Assembly (NCBI GenBank): GCA_964432435.1
Contig: CAYSNL010000002.1
Coordinates: 18,454-82,453 of the forward strand
DNA: 64,000 nucleotides
Source: Candidatus Woesearchaeota archaeon
GTDB taxonomy: Archaea > Nanobdellota > Nanobdellia > SCGC-AAA011-G17 > JACPIM01
Direction of reading: 5' to 3'
Under the pieces are notes generated by a model. That model did no database searches, was not told the origin of the DNA, and saw only the letters and a program-made list of their open reading frames with translations. The position numbers and the translations under genes are program-made. Shown in pieces: positions 37,009 to 46,420 of the stretch (the first letter of the stretch is position 1; the number at the start of each line of letters is the position of its first letter).

Positions 37009-38073
37009 ATGCTTTATAAATATTTTATTAGACCTATCTTATTTAGAATTGATCCTGAAAAAACACATGATATGGTTATTTGGGTTGGTAGAATCTTAGA
37101 AAGTAATGTTTTTACTAGGTTTTTATTAAGAAAAATTTATTCTTATAATAATAAGAAATTAGAACAAGAAATTTTAGGAATTAAATTTTTTAATCCTTTA
37201 GGGCTCGCTGCAGGTTTTGATAAAAATGGGAAATTAACAAAACTGTTTCCTGAGATCGGTTTTGGTTTTATGGAAATTGGTAGTATAACTGCCAAATATT
37301 GTAAAGGTAATGAAAAACCAAGATTGTTTAGGTTACCTAAAGATAAGGCAATTGTTGTTAATTATGGGTTAGCTAATGATGGTACTGATAAAATATATGA
37401 AAGATTAAAAGATTTGAAATTTAAAATCCCACTAATTATTAGTGTTGCAAAAACTAACAATGATAAGATTAAAGGTGATGAATCTGTTAACGATTATTAC
37501 TATAGTTATAAGAAATTTGAGAGTTTAAGTGATTTTATAACTTTAAACATAAGTTGTCCTAATACAGGAGATGGAAAAAGTTTTGAAGATGTTGTATTAT
37601 TAGAGAAATTATTAAAAAAGGTTAATAGTAAAAAAAATATTTTTTTAAAAATCTCTCCTGATTTAACAAAAGAAAATATTGATGAAATTATTTCTGTTAT
37701 TAGTGATTATAATATTAAAGGGTTTATAATTAGTAATTTAACTAAAAAAAGAGAGAATTTGAAAAGTAAAAAAGAAGAATATCAGAATATGAAAGGAGCT
37801 ATTAGTGGACCTATTGCTGGTAAGAAGTCTTTAGAATTAATAAAATATGTTTATAAAAAAACAGAAGGAAAATATGTGATTGTTGGTTGTGGTGGTATAA
37901 CTAGTGCGGAAGATGCTTATGAAAGAATAAAAGCTGGTGCTTCTTTAATACAAATAATAACCTCTATGATATATGAAGGGCCCGGTGTTATTAAAAAAAT
38001 AAATAAAGGTTTAGTTAGATTGTTAGAAAAAGATGGTTATAAAAACATAAGTGAAGCTATTGGTAAAATGTAG
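37009..38073 (+). CDS. pyrD: dihydroorotate dehydrogenase with family-2-type N-terminal extension
   Basis: 'FIRPILFRIDPEKTHDMV', 'NPLGLAAGFDKNG', 'EKPRLFRL', 'NISCPNTG', 'IVGCGGITSAEDAYERIKAGASLIQI'. Confidence 0.85.
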   Translation: MLYKYFIRPILFRIDPEKTHDMVIWVGRILESNVFTRFLLRKIYSYNNKKLEQEILGIKFFNPLGLAAGFDKNGKLTKLFPEIGFGFMEIGSITAKYCKGNEKPRLFRLPKDKAIVVNYGLANDGTDKIYERLKDLKFKIPLIISVAKTNNDKIKGDESVNDYYYSYKKFESLSDFITLNISCPNTGDGKSFEDVVLLEKLLKKVNSKKNIFLKISPDLTKENIDEIISVISDYNIKGFIISNLTKKRENLKSKKEEYQNMKGAISGPIAGKKSLELIKYVYKKTEGKYVIVGCGGITSAEDAYERIKAGASLIQIITSMIYEGPGVIKKINKGLVRLLEKDGYKNISEAIGKM

Positions 38074-38075
38074 AA

Positions 38076-38423
38076 TTATTGAACTAGTTTTAAAAAAAGT
38101 TTTTCCATATCTGATCTAACCATTATTTCTAATCTTGTTTTTGAGTTTATCTTGTTTATTAAATCCTTAAGCGCTTGATCATCACATTCAAATTTTTTAA
38201 TACTAGAAGTAGTTACATTTGTTTCGTTTAAAGTTCTACCTTCTGCTATTTCTCTTGCTCTCTTTAATAATGGTGGTGCGTTGGTTAAAGAATACGCCAG
38301 GTTTCCATATCTTTTCTTGTATAGTATTACTACTTCTTCTGGTATGTAAAAGCAATCTATAATATGTTGGCCATTAATGTTCCCTTCTTTTTGTTGAATT
38401 ACCTCAAAATAAACTACTTGCAT
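38076..38423 (-). CDS. hypothetical protein
   Basis: 115 aa, no motif. Confidence 0.3.
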   Translation of the reverse strand: MQVVYFEVIQQKEGNINGQHIIDCFYIPEEVVILYKKRYGNLAYSLTNAPPLLKRAREIAEGRTLNETNVTTSSIKKFECDDQALKDLINKINSKTRLEIMVRSDMEKLFLKLVQ

Positions 38424-38563
38424 TCAATACAAGATTTATAATCACTTTAAAACATTTACGTGATTACCTGGAGTAATAAAAATAGTTATTTTATCAGAAT
38501 TAATTATGTTAGTAAGTTTTTTATTTAATAATATTTAAATACTGGTTTGTTTTTTAATATATT

Positions 38564-39913
38564 ATGAAAAAAAGAGGGCAGGTTACTGTTTTTGTTATTA
38601 TTGGTTTTTTAATTTTAATAATTATTGGTGTTATTTTTTTTATAATTAGTGCTAAAAACAAATTTTCTGAAAGTGAAATTACTGCTTCTAGCATAGATGA
38701 GGTTAGAAGGCAAGTTAATTTGGATGTTAAATTATGTTTTGAAAATATTGTTGAAAATGGAATATTAGATGGGGCTAGACATGGAGGTAATGCTGTTTTA
38801 ATGAATAAACTTGGTTCTGATTCTGTTCGTGAGAGTGGGTTGGATATTTGTAAAACCTTGTTAACGGCTACACAAGAAATAAGACTTGCTTTTGGGCCAA
38901 ATAGGAAATATACTCAAGATAGTGTGTGTGTTTTATATGATTCTAATAACATTGCAATAAATGAAGAACAGATTAATGATGATACAGTGCTTAACTTTGT
39001 TAGTGCTCCTCTTGACCTTAATAATTTTGAGAATTCTTTAAAGAATTATCTTAGCGATAGATTACCTAGGTGTCTTAATGAATTTAATCAATATAAAACT
39101 AAAGGCTGGGGTATTGGGACATTGAATGTAGAAAACATTGATGATGTTGGTGGTGTTGCTGAGCTATTAAAACAACGTAAAGATGAATATATCATTATTA
39201 ATCCAGGATTTGATACTTCTTGTCCGATGGAGGGGAAATTTGTTGCTTCTTTGAAAATGCCTTTAAAATTTTCAAGAGTAAGGTCTATTGGCAATGAAGA
39301 GTCTTTTGTACTTGATAATCAGGAATTCATATATAATGCAAATCTTAAATATTTTTATACAAAATCAGATGAGCTATTAAAAGATCTTCTTTCTATCGGG
39401 TTTGAACAAACAAAAATTTCTGAAATGCCGAATGCTGGCGTATGTAAAAACTGTTGGGATATAAAGGATGGGCTTGTCGAATTTGAAAGAAAGGTTGAAG
39501 ATCCATCTTCTGGTGGTTGTGATGGCTGTCATTTTTACAAAGCTACAGATCCTAATACTGGTGCGTATTTTTTTAATATTAAATGTGGCGAGTATTTTAT
39601 GAGTTTAAATAATCCAATAAATGTTAATGGTAAGGAAATTGTTTTAAAAGAAGCTAATGTAGACAATATTATAGTTAGTGTTGATGGTGTTTCTGGAGAA
39701 ACAATTAATAAAGATTCTACTGTTGATGTTGGTGGTATTGACTTTACTTTTGATAATTATGATCAAGATACTGGGAAGGTTACTCTAATAATTGGGGAGA
39801 GTTTAAGTTACTTATGGGGTTATTATTTTGGTTGTAGTTCAAATGTTGATATTTGTTTTATAGAATGTGATAATAATATGGGGCCTGCAACAATGCAGCC
39901 TAATGATTGTTAA
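38564..39913 (+). CDS. Cys-rich secreted/anchored protein
   Basis: N-terminal TM 'VTVFVIIGFLILIIIGVIFFII'; ~17 Cys including a C-terminal 'GCSSNVDICFIECDNN' cluster. Confidence 0.45.
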   Translation: MKKRGQVTVFVIIGFLILIIIGVIFFIISAKNKFSESEITASSIDEVRRQVNLDVKLCFENIVENGILDGARHGGNAVLMNKLGSDSVRESGLDICKTLLTATQEIRLAFGPNRKYTQDSVCVLYDSNNIAINEEQINDDTVLNFVSAPLDLNNFENSLKNYLSDRLPRCLNEFNQYKTKGWGIGTLNVENIDDVGGVAELLKQRKDEYIIINPGFDTSCPMEGKFVASLKMPLKFSRVRSIGNEESFVLDNQEFIYNANLKYFYTKSDELLKDLLSIGFEQTKISEMPNAGVCKNCWDIKDGLVEFERKVEDPSSGGCDGCHFYKATDPNTGAYFFNIKCGEYFMSLNNPINVNGKEIVLKEANVDNIIVSVDGVSGETINKDSTVDVGGIDFTFDNYDQDTGKVTLIIGESLSYLWGYYFGCSSNVDICFIECDNNMGPATMQPNDC

Positions 39914-39914
39914 T

Positions 39915-40445
39915 ATGAAAAAAATAATTTTAATTTTATTTTTTGTAATGATTTTTGTTAGTCTGGTGAGTGCTAGTGGATTGTATCCTGTTTCTATGGA
40001 AGACTTAGTTCATCCGGCTTGTAATAATAATGGCAGATGCGATTATTTTGAAAGTTCTCAAACTTGTCCTAATGAATGTAATGCAGAAACTTTTAATACA
40101 GATACTGTTAGCGGTGAGACTAGTACTACTACAATAATTAGTTCATCATATACAACTATTCCTGTTATAAATGAACAAATCAATGAACAAGTGGATGAAA
40201 TTAATGAACAATCTTCTGTGGTTAGTATTATAGCAAAACAACCAGTAAAAATACCTTGGACTTTAATTTTGGCTTTTGGGTTTACTATTGGAATTATTTT
40301 TTTGGTTGTAGTACTTTATTTGTGGATTAAGGGACAAACTAAAACATCAAAACAAAGTGAAAATAAAAAAAGAAAGGTTAGATCTAATAATGAAGAAGAT
40401 GAATTTGGATTACCATCTAGGCCTAAACGCGGGTTTGGTGTTTAA
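39915..40445 (+). CDS. secreted Cys- and Thr-rich protein with C-terminal TM anchor
   Basis: Signal 'MKKIILILFFVMIFVSLVSA'; 'CNNNGRCDYFESSQTCPNECN'; Thr-rich linker; TM 'ILAFGFTIGIIFLVVVLYLWI' + basic tail. Confidence 0.4.
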   Translation: MKKIILILFFVMIFVSLVSASGLYPVSMEDLVHPACNNNGRCDYFESSQTCPNECNAETFNTDTVSGETSTTTIISSSYTTIPVINEQINEQVDEINEQSSVVSIIAKQPVKIPWTLILAFGFTIGIIFLVVVLYLWIKGQTKTSKQSENKKRKVRSNNEEDEFGLPSRPKRGFGV

Positions 40446-40869
40446 GTTTATAGGTTAGTATTAAGTTTATTATTATTAAAACATCTAATACTAAACAACC
40501 CATACAAAACGCTTTTAAAATAAAAATTTCTATGAACAATAAATAGAAAGCAAAGAATAAAGAAAATATGGTTAGCAAATAAATGTAATTAATGGTATGT
40601 TTCTCTTTTTCTGGATTTTTATAAGCTATTCTTGATAAAACCAAGATTACTGTGAAAAAGAGTATTCCTAAAAAAGCTACTGGAATACCTATCTTTGGTG
40701 GAAATAATGAGTAAATGCTTTTATTAACCACATCACAAGAAAAAATCTCTCCTATGTCGCAGAATCGTTTTCCTGGTTTAGAATAGTGCAAATAAATTAA
40801 ATAAATTGACACTAATGTTGATAATACAGAAGTAATTGAGATATAATTCAATAGTTTTTTTTCTTTCAT
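40423..40869 (-). CDS. vitamin K epoxide reductase (VKOR) family membrane oxidoreductase
   Basis: Four TM helices; loop Cys pair 'CDIGEIFSCD' and TM4 'CMGC' CxxC, the arrangement characteristic of VKOR. Confidence 0.6.
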   Translation of the reverse strand: MKEKKLLNYISITSVLSTLVSIYLIYLHYSKPGKRFCDIGEIFSCDVVNKSIYSLFPPKIGIPVAFLGILFFTVILVLSRIAYKNPEKEKHTINYIYLLTIFSLFFAFYLLFIEIFILKAFCMGCLVLDVLIIINLILTYKLKHQTRV

Positions 40870-40915
40870 CTTGTTTTTAGAAAAATTTATATTTATAACT
40901 CTTTTGATATTAAGA

Positions 40916-41695
40916 ATGATTAATTTTAATATTGACCCGGTACTTTTAAGATTAGGACCTATTCAAATAAGATATTATGGGCTTGTTTATGTTATTGGAC
41001 TTTTACTTGGTTTGTACATATTAAATAAAGCAAGGAAAAAAGGTATTTTGGATTTAAAAGATGGTCAAGAATATGATCTAATATTTTATATAATGTTGGG
41101 TATGTTGATTGGTGCTAGGTTATTTCATGTTATCTTTTGGGGTTTAAATTATTATATTAGTAATCCTTTAAAAATATTTTATTTGTGGGAAGGAGGAATG
41201 AGTTTTCATGGGGGTCTAATTGGTATTCTAGTAAGCGGATATATTTACTGTGAAAAAAATAAGATAAATGTGGCAAAACTAGCAGATGTTTTAACTTTAC
41301 CTGCTGTTTTTATTTTAGCCTTAGGGAGGATTGTAAATTTTATTAATCAAGAAATATATGGAACAATAACGGCTTTGCCTTGGTGTGTAGAATTTAAAAG
41401 CATAGAAGGTTGTAGACATCCTGTGCAACTTTATGCAGCTTTAGGTAGATTTATAGCTTTTTTTATATTATTAAAATTTGGAAATAAACATAAAGAAGGC
41501 TTTGTTTTTTGGAATTTTGTTTTTCTTTTTGGTCTAGGTAGATTATTTTTAGATTTTTTAAGAGAGGATATAAGATATCTTGGGCTAAGCTTTGGACAGT
41601 GGTTTAGCTTAATTATGTTAATTTTAAGCGGTTATGTTCTATTTAGATTTTATATGGAGGATATTAAAAAAGTATTTTCTTTTAAGAAGAAATAA
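40916..41695 (+). CDS. lgt: prolipoprotein diacylglyceryl transferase homolog
   Basis: 'IDPVLLRLGPIQIRYYGLVYVIGLLLGLYI', 'GARLFHVIFWG', 'PLKIFYLWEGGMSFHGGLIG' match Lgt signature blocks; ATG 40916 (ORF-track TTG start 40871). Confidence 0.7.
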   Translation: MINFNIDPVLLRLGPIQIRYYGLVYVIGLLLGLYILNKARKKGILDLKDGQEYDLIFYIMLGMLIGARLFHVIFWGLNYYISNPLKIFYLWEGGMSFHGGLIGILVSGYIYCEKNKINVAKLADVLTLPAVFILALGRIVNFINQEIYGTITALPWCVEFKSIEGCRHPVQLYAALGRFIAFFILLKFGNKHKEGFVFWNFVFLFGLGRLFLDFLREDIRYLGLSFGQWFSLIMLILSGYVLFRFYMEDIKKVFSFKKK

Positions 41696-42259
41696 ACCAA
41701 AGACTATAATTATTATACTTAAAATAAATGAATTAAAAAATAATTTATACGCAAAGTCTTTAAAAAATTCATAAGGGAATAAATTAATTAAATTATCTTT
41801 TGAAGGGTCTAATAAATATAAATCATTATTAAAGAGCAGTTTATGAAAAGTGTTGTTGAAAAAGTCCTCAAAATTTATAAAATAAAAAGATAAAATTATG
41901 ATTATTGATGTTATACCTGAAATTATGAGTGATTTTCCCAGGGTTTTATAGTTTAAGATTATTAGGACTATTAATAATACTATGATTATATACAATAAGA
42001 TTAATGTTTTGTATATTAGGTTCTTAACATCTTTTAAATGAAACTTTTCCCTTTCATTAAAGAAATCTGTTGTTAAATCTTTATTATTTTGGAAATAGGA
42101 GAACAGATTCTTTGTGTTTGTTAGTGCTAATTCTTTCGGTATGGAAATATTTAGTTTATCAAATTCCTTCTGATAGAAACTTAGGTTATAAATTAAAAGC
42201 CTAAAATTAAATAAAAAAATGAATAATACTAATATGATTATTAAAAGTGTTTTTCTCAT
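41639..42259 (-). CDS. polytopic membrane protein, unknown function
   Basis: 206 aa, 4-5 hydrophobic segments. Confidence 0.3.
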   Translation of the reverse strand: MRKTLLIIILVLFIFLFNFRLLIYNLSFYQKEFDKLNISIPKELALTNTKNLFSYFQNNKDLTTDFFNEREKFHLKDVKNLIYKTLILLYIIIVLLIVLIILNYKTLGKSLIISGITSIIIILSFYFINFEDFFNNTFHKLLFNNDLYLLDPSKDNLINLFPYEFFKDFAYKLFFNSFILSIIIIVFGLFLLKRKYFFNILHIKSK

Positions 42260-42396
42260 GGGTGTTAGATTTGATATATTTTAGTAAAATTAACTATAGT
42301 AAGCTTTATATATTAAACTTTTATTGTTTTTTAGGGATTATTAATATTACGGCTAAAATATGGATAATAATCAAATAAAAGGGTAGAAAACGAAAC

Positions 42397-43365
42397 ATGG
42401 GAGAAAAAATGGAAAATAATAGTGTTAATGATAAAAAATCAAGTTTCTTGGGTAAAATCAAGTTTTGGCAAATTTCTAGTATTGTGCTATTAATATTATT
42501 TGTAGTGTCTATAATAGCTAATTTTTCAGGCAGAGGTTTATCTGGTGCTATTAGTAAAGATGATGCACAAGGAAAAATACAGCAATATGCTAATATTGTT
42601 ACAGGTGGGGCTATTGTTGATGTTGGTAGTATATCTGATGACGGGGAAAATGGGTTGTATAAAGTACCTCTTACTGTAAAAGGGCAAATTATGACTGGTT
42701 ATATAACGAAAGATGGGAAATTATTTTTTCCTGCAGCTGTTAATCTAGATGATTTTTTTAAACAGGTTGGAGACATAGAGGGTAAAACAACTGAACTACT
42801 TGATAATGAGCAAGTTCAAGTACCTAATGAACCTGTTAGGGTTAGTGTAGATGACGATCCTGTTTTAGGGGATAAAAATGCTCCTGTGATTATTCTAGAA
42901 TTTAGTGATTTCCAATGTCCTTATTGTGGTAGATTTGAGAGCCAAGCCTTTGATCAAATTAAGAAAGATTATATTGATACTGGCAAGGTTAAGTTTGTTT
43001 ATAGGGATTTTCCATTAAACAGCATACATCCTTATGCACAAAAAGCTGCTGAAGCTTCTGAATGTGCCGATGAACAAGGGAAATACTGGGAATATCACGA
43101 TAAATTGTTTGAAAATCAGCAGGCTTTGACTGTTGAAGATTTAAAGGAATACGCAAAAGAATTAAAACTGAGCATAGATAAGTTTAACGATTGTTTAGAC
43201 TCAGATGCTATGGTGGAAGAAGTTCAGAAAGATCTTAGTGAAGGTGAAAGCTATGGTGTTACTGGTACACCTGCTTTTTTTATTAACGGTCTTTTATTAG
43301 AGGGAGCTCAGCCATTTGAGAACTTCAAGAAAATCATTGACGAGGAATTAAGCAAAACAGCTTAA
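42397..43365 (+). CDS. membrane-anchored DsbA-like thiol:disulfide oxidoreductase
   Basis: N-terminal TM; 'FSDFQCPYCGRFE' CPYC active site, 'GVTGTPAFFING' cis-Pro loop. Confidence 0.65.
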   Translation: MGEKMENNSVNDKKSSFLGKIKFWQISSIVLLILFVVSIIANFSGRGLSGAISKDDAQGKIQQYANIVTGGAIVDVGSISDDGENGLYKVPLTVKGQIMTGYITKDGKLFFPAAVNLDDFFKQVGDIEGKTTELLDNEQVQVPNEPVRVSVDDDPVLGDKNAPVIILEFSDFQCPYCGRFESQAFDQIKKDYIDTGKVKFVYRDFPLNSIHPYAQKAAEASECADEQGKYWEYHDKLFENQQALTVEDLKEYAKELKLSIDKFNDCLDSDAMVEEVQKDLSEGESYGVTGTPAFFINGLLLEGAQPFENFKKIIDEELSKTA

Positions 43366-43382
43366 TTTTTTTATTTTTTAAA

Positions 43383-43646
43383 ATGGAAAACGGCTTAAGA
43401 AGAAATAATATAATCTATTTGGCCTGTTTGGCTTCTCAACTAGATAAATTAGCTGTTGAATTTGATAATACTACTTTAGTAGAACCCACGGCTAGGATGT
43501 TTTTAGATCTTTTTGGGAGATTATTCCAAAGTGAAAGTGGTGAATATTGGGGACAAAGGAGGGAACATCTTAAGTCTGATCTAAGTGAACTTAATAGGCG
43601 ATTGGGAGAAGTTGAATGCCAATATTCCTTTGGTAATTGGTACTAA
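43383..43646 (+). CDS. hypothetical protein
   Basis: 87 aa; no motif. Confidence 0.25.
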   Translation: MENGLRRNNIIYLACLASQLDKLAVEFDNTTLVEPTARMFLDLFGRLFQSESGEYWGQRREHLKSDLSELNRRLGEVECQYSFGNWY

Positions 43647-43649
43647 TGG

Positions 43650-44033
43650 GTGGAAATGAAAAAAAGTTTTTTGGTTATCTTAATCATTTTTGCTTTAGGC
43701 ATTTTTGGTTATTGGGGATTTACCTTTTATGTAGTTAAAGGTAATAGTGTTAGTCCTGCGTTTGTTGATTGTTTAGTTGATAACGGTGTTGTTATGTATG
43801 GTTCTGCTACATGTCCGTACTGTCAAACACAAAAAGAAATGTTTGGAAGAAGTGCAACAAAAGAATTATATAATAAAGATGGATATATTGAATGCCCTGA
43901 AAACCAGAAATTATGTGAATCTAAGGGTATAACAGGCTATCCGACATGGATTATCAATGGCACTAAATATGAAGGAGTTCAAAGCATAGAATTATTATCA
44001 AGTATAACTGGATGTGAATTATCTTATGAGTAG
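43650..44033 (+). CDS. membrane-anchored thioredoxin-like protein
   Basis: TM then 'YGSATCPYCQTQK' CxxC and 'GYPTWIING'. Confidence 0.55.
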   Translation: MEMKKSFLVILIIFALGIFGYWGFTFYVVKGNSVSPAFVDCLVDNGVVMYGSATCPYCQTQKEMFGRSATKELYNKDGYIECPENQKLCESKGITGYPTWIINGTKYEGVQSIELLSSITGCELSYE

Positions 44034-44102
44034 GGTATTTTATTTGTTATTTTTAAGTTAATATATCTTTAAATATAAGTTTTAGTTTTTGAGATGTGGG
44101 TG

Positions 44103-44126
44103 CCTCTAAATTTGTTGTTTTAGAGG
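44103..44126. promoter_or_regulatory. inverted repeat CCTCTAAA-n8-TTTAGAGG directly upstream of 44137 start
   Basis: 8-bp perfect arms read from sequence; function (operator or terminator of upstream gene) unknown. Confidence 0.3.
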
Positions 44127-44136
44127 ATTGTAAAAT

Positions 44137-44793
44137 ATGTTTGAAGTTTTTAAGAAGAAATATTTATACTTTCCAGGATGTTTAACTAATTATGCTCTTC
44201 CTGAAATTGTTGAGAATTACAAAAAAATCTTTCTTAAACTAAAAATTCAGGTTTATAGCTTAGGCGCTTTAAACTGTTGTGGTGCAATAGCATACAATAA
44301 TGGATATAGCAAGGATTTTGAAGAAATAAGAGGTAGAAACATAGATGCGTTAAATCAGAATGGTGTAAAAAACATAGTAACTAATGATTCTGGCTGCTTA
44401 AAAGTCTTTAATGAATTGTATAGCATTAATGCTTTACATGTTTCTCAATTATTACTTAAAAACGTAAAAAAACTACCAGTAAAGTTTGACGAGAAAGTGA
44501 ATTATTATGATGGTATTCAACTAGGAATTTATGATGAACCTAGGAAAGTGTTAGGGGCTTTGGGCTTTGATGTTATTGAATTAAGAATGAACAAGCAAAA
44601 TTCTATACTTTGCGGTGCAGAAGGTGGTTTAATACAAAATTTGCCTTCTTTAGCAAATAAAATTAGTAAAGATGTTTTTGATTCGTGTACTGAAAAAAAA
44701 TTGATAGTGTCAGATCCTTTAATATATTACCATTTAAAGAATAATGCCCCTAAAAATATACAAGTTTTAGAGTTAAGTGAGGTAATCTTATGA
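44137..44793 (+). CDS. CCG-domain Cys-rich subunit (GlcF/HdrD/LutA-like C-terminal half)
   Basis: 'FPGC', 'LNCCGA' CCG-domain signatures. Confidence 0.55.
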   Translation: MFEVFKKKYLYFPGCLTNYALPEIVENYKKIFLKLKIQVYSLGALNCCGAIAYNNGYSKDFEEIRGRNIDALNQNGVKNIVTNDSGCLKVFNELYSINALHVSQLLLKNVKKLPVKFDEKVNYYDGIQLGIYDEPRKVLGALGFDVIELRMNKQNSILCGAEGGLIQNLPSLANKISKDVFDSCTEKKLIVSDPLIYYHLKNNAPKNIQVLELSEVIL

Positions 44794-45938
44794 GCATAGT
44801 TTGGTTTGAAAATTTAGTCGGAAAGGAAAATGTTTCTGATGAAATAGTTGATAGAGAAGTTTATGGTACTGATGCCAGTCAAATTAAAGGTAAATGCGAT
44901 AAGGTAATTTGGGCTACTGAAGTTAAACATTTGCATCAAATAGTTCTTTACGCAAAAAGAAATAAATTAAATATTGTTCCAAGAGGGGCAGGAACAAATC
45001 TAGTTGGGGCTACTGTTCCTGATAATTCTATAGTAATAGATTTTAGCAAGATGAATAATATTTTGGCCTTAACCAGCAATTATGTTGTTGTTGAGCCGGG
45101 TGTTGTATTAGATGATTTAAATATTGTTTTAAGAGATAAGTTTTTTCCAATACAACCAGAAGATAGTGCAACTTGCACTATAGGTGGCATGGTCGGGATT
45201 AATTCTACTGGTTTCTATGAAAAAAAATATGGAAGGATGAAAGACTGGGTTTTAGAGGTTGAAATGATTGATGGAAATGGTAGACTAAAAACATATGATA
45301 ACAAGGTTGTTGGAAAAGAAGGGATTTTGGGTTTAATAACTAAAGTAAAACTAAAGATTATAGATAGGGTAAATGACAGAAGTTTAAATGTTTTTAAATT
45401 TGAAAAACTAACAGATGTTTTTAATAAAGTTAGTGAACTAAAGAAGAATGAGGAAGTTAATGCTATTGAGTTTATTGATTCAATTGCTGCTAGGTTAATT
45501 GGTTTAGAGGATAAATATTATTTAATTATTGAATATATTGGTCTAGAGGGTTCAATAAGAGATTATAATGAGATTAACAGGTTATGGTATATAAGAAAAA
45601 AAGTTTTTCACAAATTAGCTTCAAATGGGTTTATTTATTTGGAAGATCCATTAATACCATATGAGAACTTAGCTGAGTTTTTGTTTTATTTAGAAGATAA
45701 AGGAATACCTTGTTACGGGCCTATAGGGGTAAACGTTTTATATCCTTGTTTTTTAAATAGAGAGGACATAAAAGATATGTACGATCTCGTTTTAAAATTA
45801 AGAGGGGTGGTAGGAGCTAGACAAGGTATTGGTCTTTTGAAAAAAAATTATTTAAATGAAGTTACCAAAGATGAATTAAAAAGTTTAAAGGAACAAATGG
45901 ATCCTTTATATATTATGAATAGGGGGAAGGTGATTTAA
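44790..45938 (+). CDS. FAD-binding oxidoreductase (PCMH-type FAD domain; GlcD/D-lactate dehydrogenase-like)
   Basis: 'IVPRGAGTNLVGATVP' FAD-binding motif; 382 aa (shorter than typical GlcD). Confidence 0.7.
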   Translation: MSIVWFENLVGKENVSDEIVDREVYGTDASQIKGKCDKVIWATEVKHLHQIVLYAKRNKLNIVPRGAGTNLVGATVPDNSIVIDFSKMNNILALTSNYVVVEPGVVLDDLNIVLRDKFFPIQPEDSATCTIGGMVGINSTGFYEKKYGRMKDWVLEVEMIDGNGRLKTYDNKVVGKEGILGLITKVKLKIIDRVNDRSLNVFKFEKLTDVFNKVSELKKNEEVNAIEFIDSIAARLIGLEDKYYLIIEYIGLEGSIRDYNEINRLWYIRKKVFHKLASNGFIYLEDPLIPYENLAEFLFYLEDKGIPCYGPIGVNVLYPCFLNREDIKDMYDLVLKLRGVVGARQGIGLLKKNYLNEVTKDELKSLKEQMDPLYIMNRGKVI

Positions 45939-45939
45939 G

Positions 45940-46419
45940 ATGGTGTATATAGGCGATGCAATAGCAGAAAAAATTGAATGTTTTTCAAGCCTTGATGTAA
46001 ATACATTTGAAAGTGAAATTCTTGGTGGTTTAGAATACTTAACTTCATTAGGAAAAAACGATGAAGTTGTTTTTCAAGTTGGTGGAAATAAACTTGTGGA
46101 TGAGTTATTGAATGGTGCTGATGCTATAGCTTATCTTTATCATAATAGAATGCCAATGGAGCATAATAGTAGAATTATTCCTATTGGGATATATGGTACG
46201 CCCCAAGCAAATGGGCTTTATGATGAAAGTCCAATAAGAGACGGAACTTATGAAGTGCTGAGTTTAGATGACATAAATAAATTAGATTATCCTTTGTTCT
46301 GTTTTGAAATTGATATCAAAATAGCCTATGCTAATGGGTTGAATTTGGCTTTATGGGTATCCAGAAAAAAACCAAAGGCAGTTGACCTAAATCAATTATT
46401 GCTCTTTGAGGTGATTTAA
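45940..46419 (+). CDS. hypothetical protein (possibly the detached C-terminal part of the FAD oxidase)
   Basis: Starts 2 nt after the previous stop; no motif. Confidence 0.3.
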   Translation: MVYIGDAIAEKIECFSSLDVNTFESEILGGLEYLTSLGKNDEVVFQVGGNKLVDELLNGADAIAYLYHNRMPMEHNSRIIPIGIYGTPQANGLYDESPIRDGTYEVLSLDDINKLDYPLFCFEIDIKIAYANGLNLALWVSRKKPKAVDLNQLLLFEVI

Positions 46420-46420
46420 A

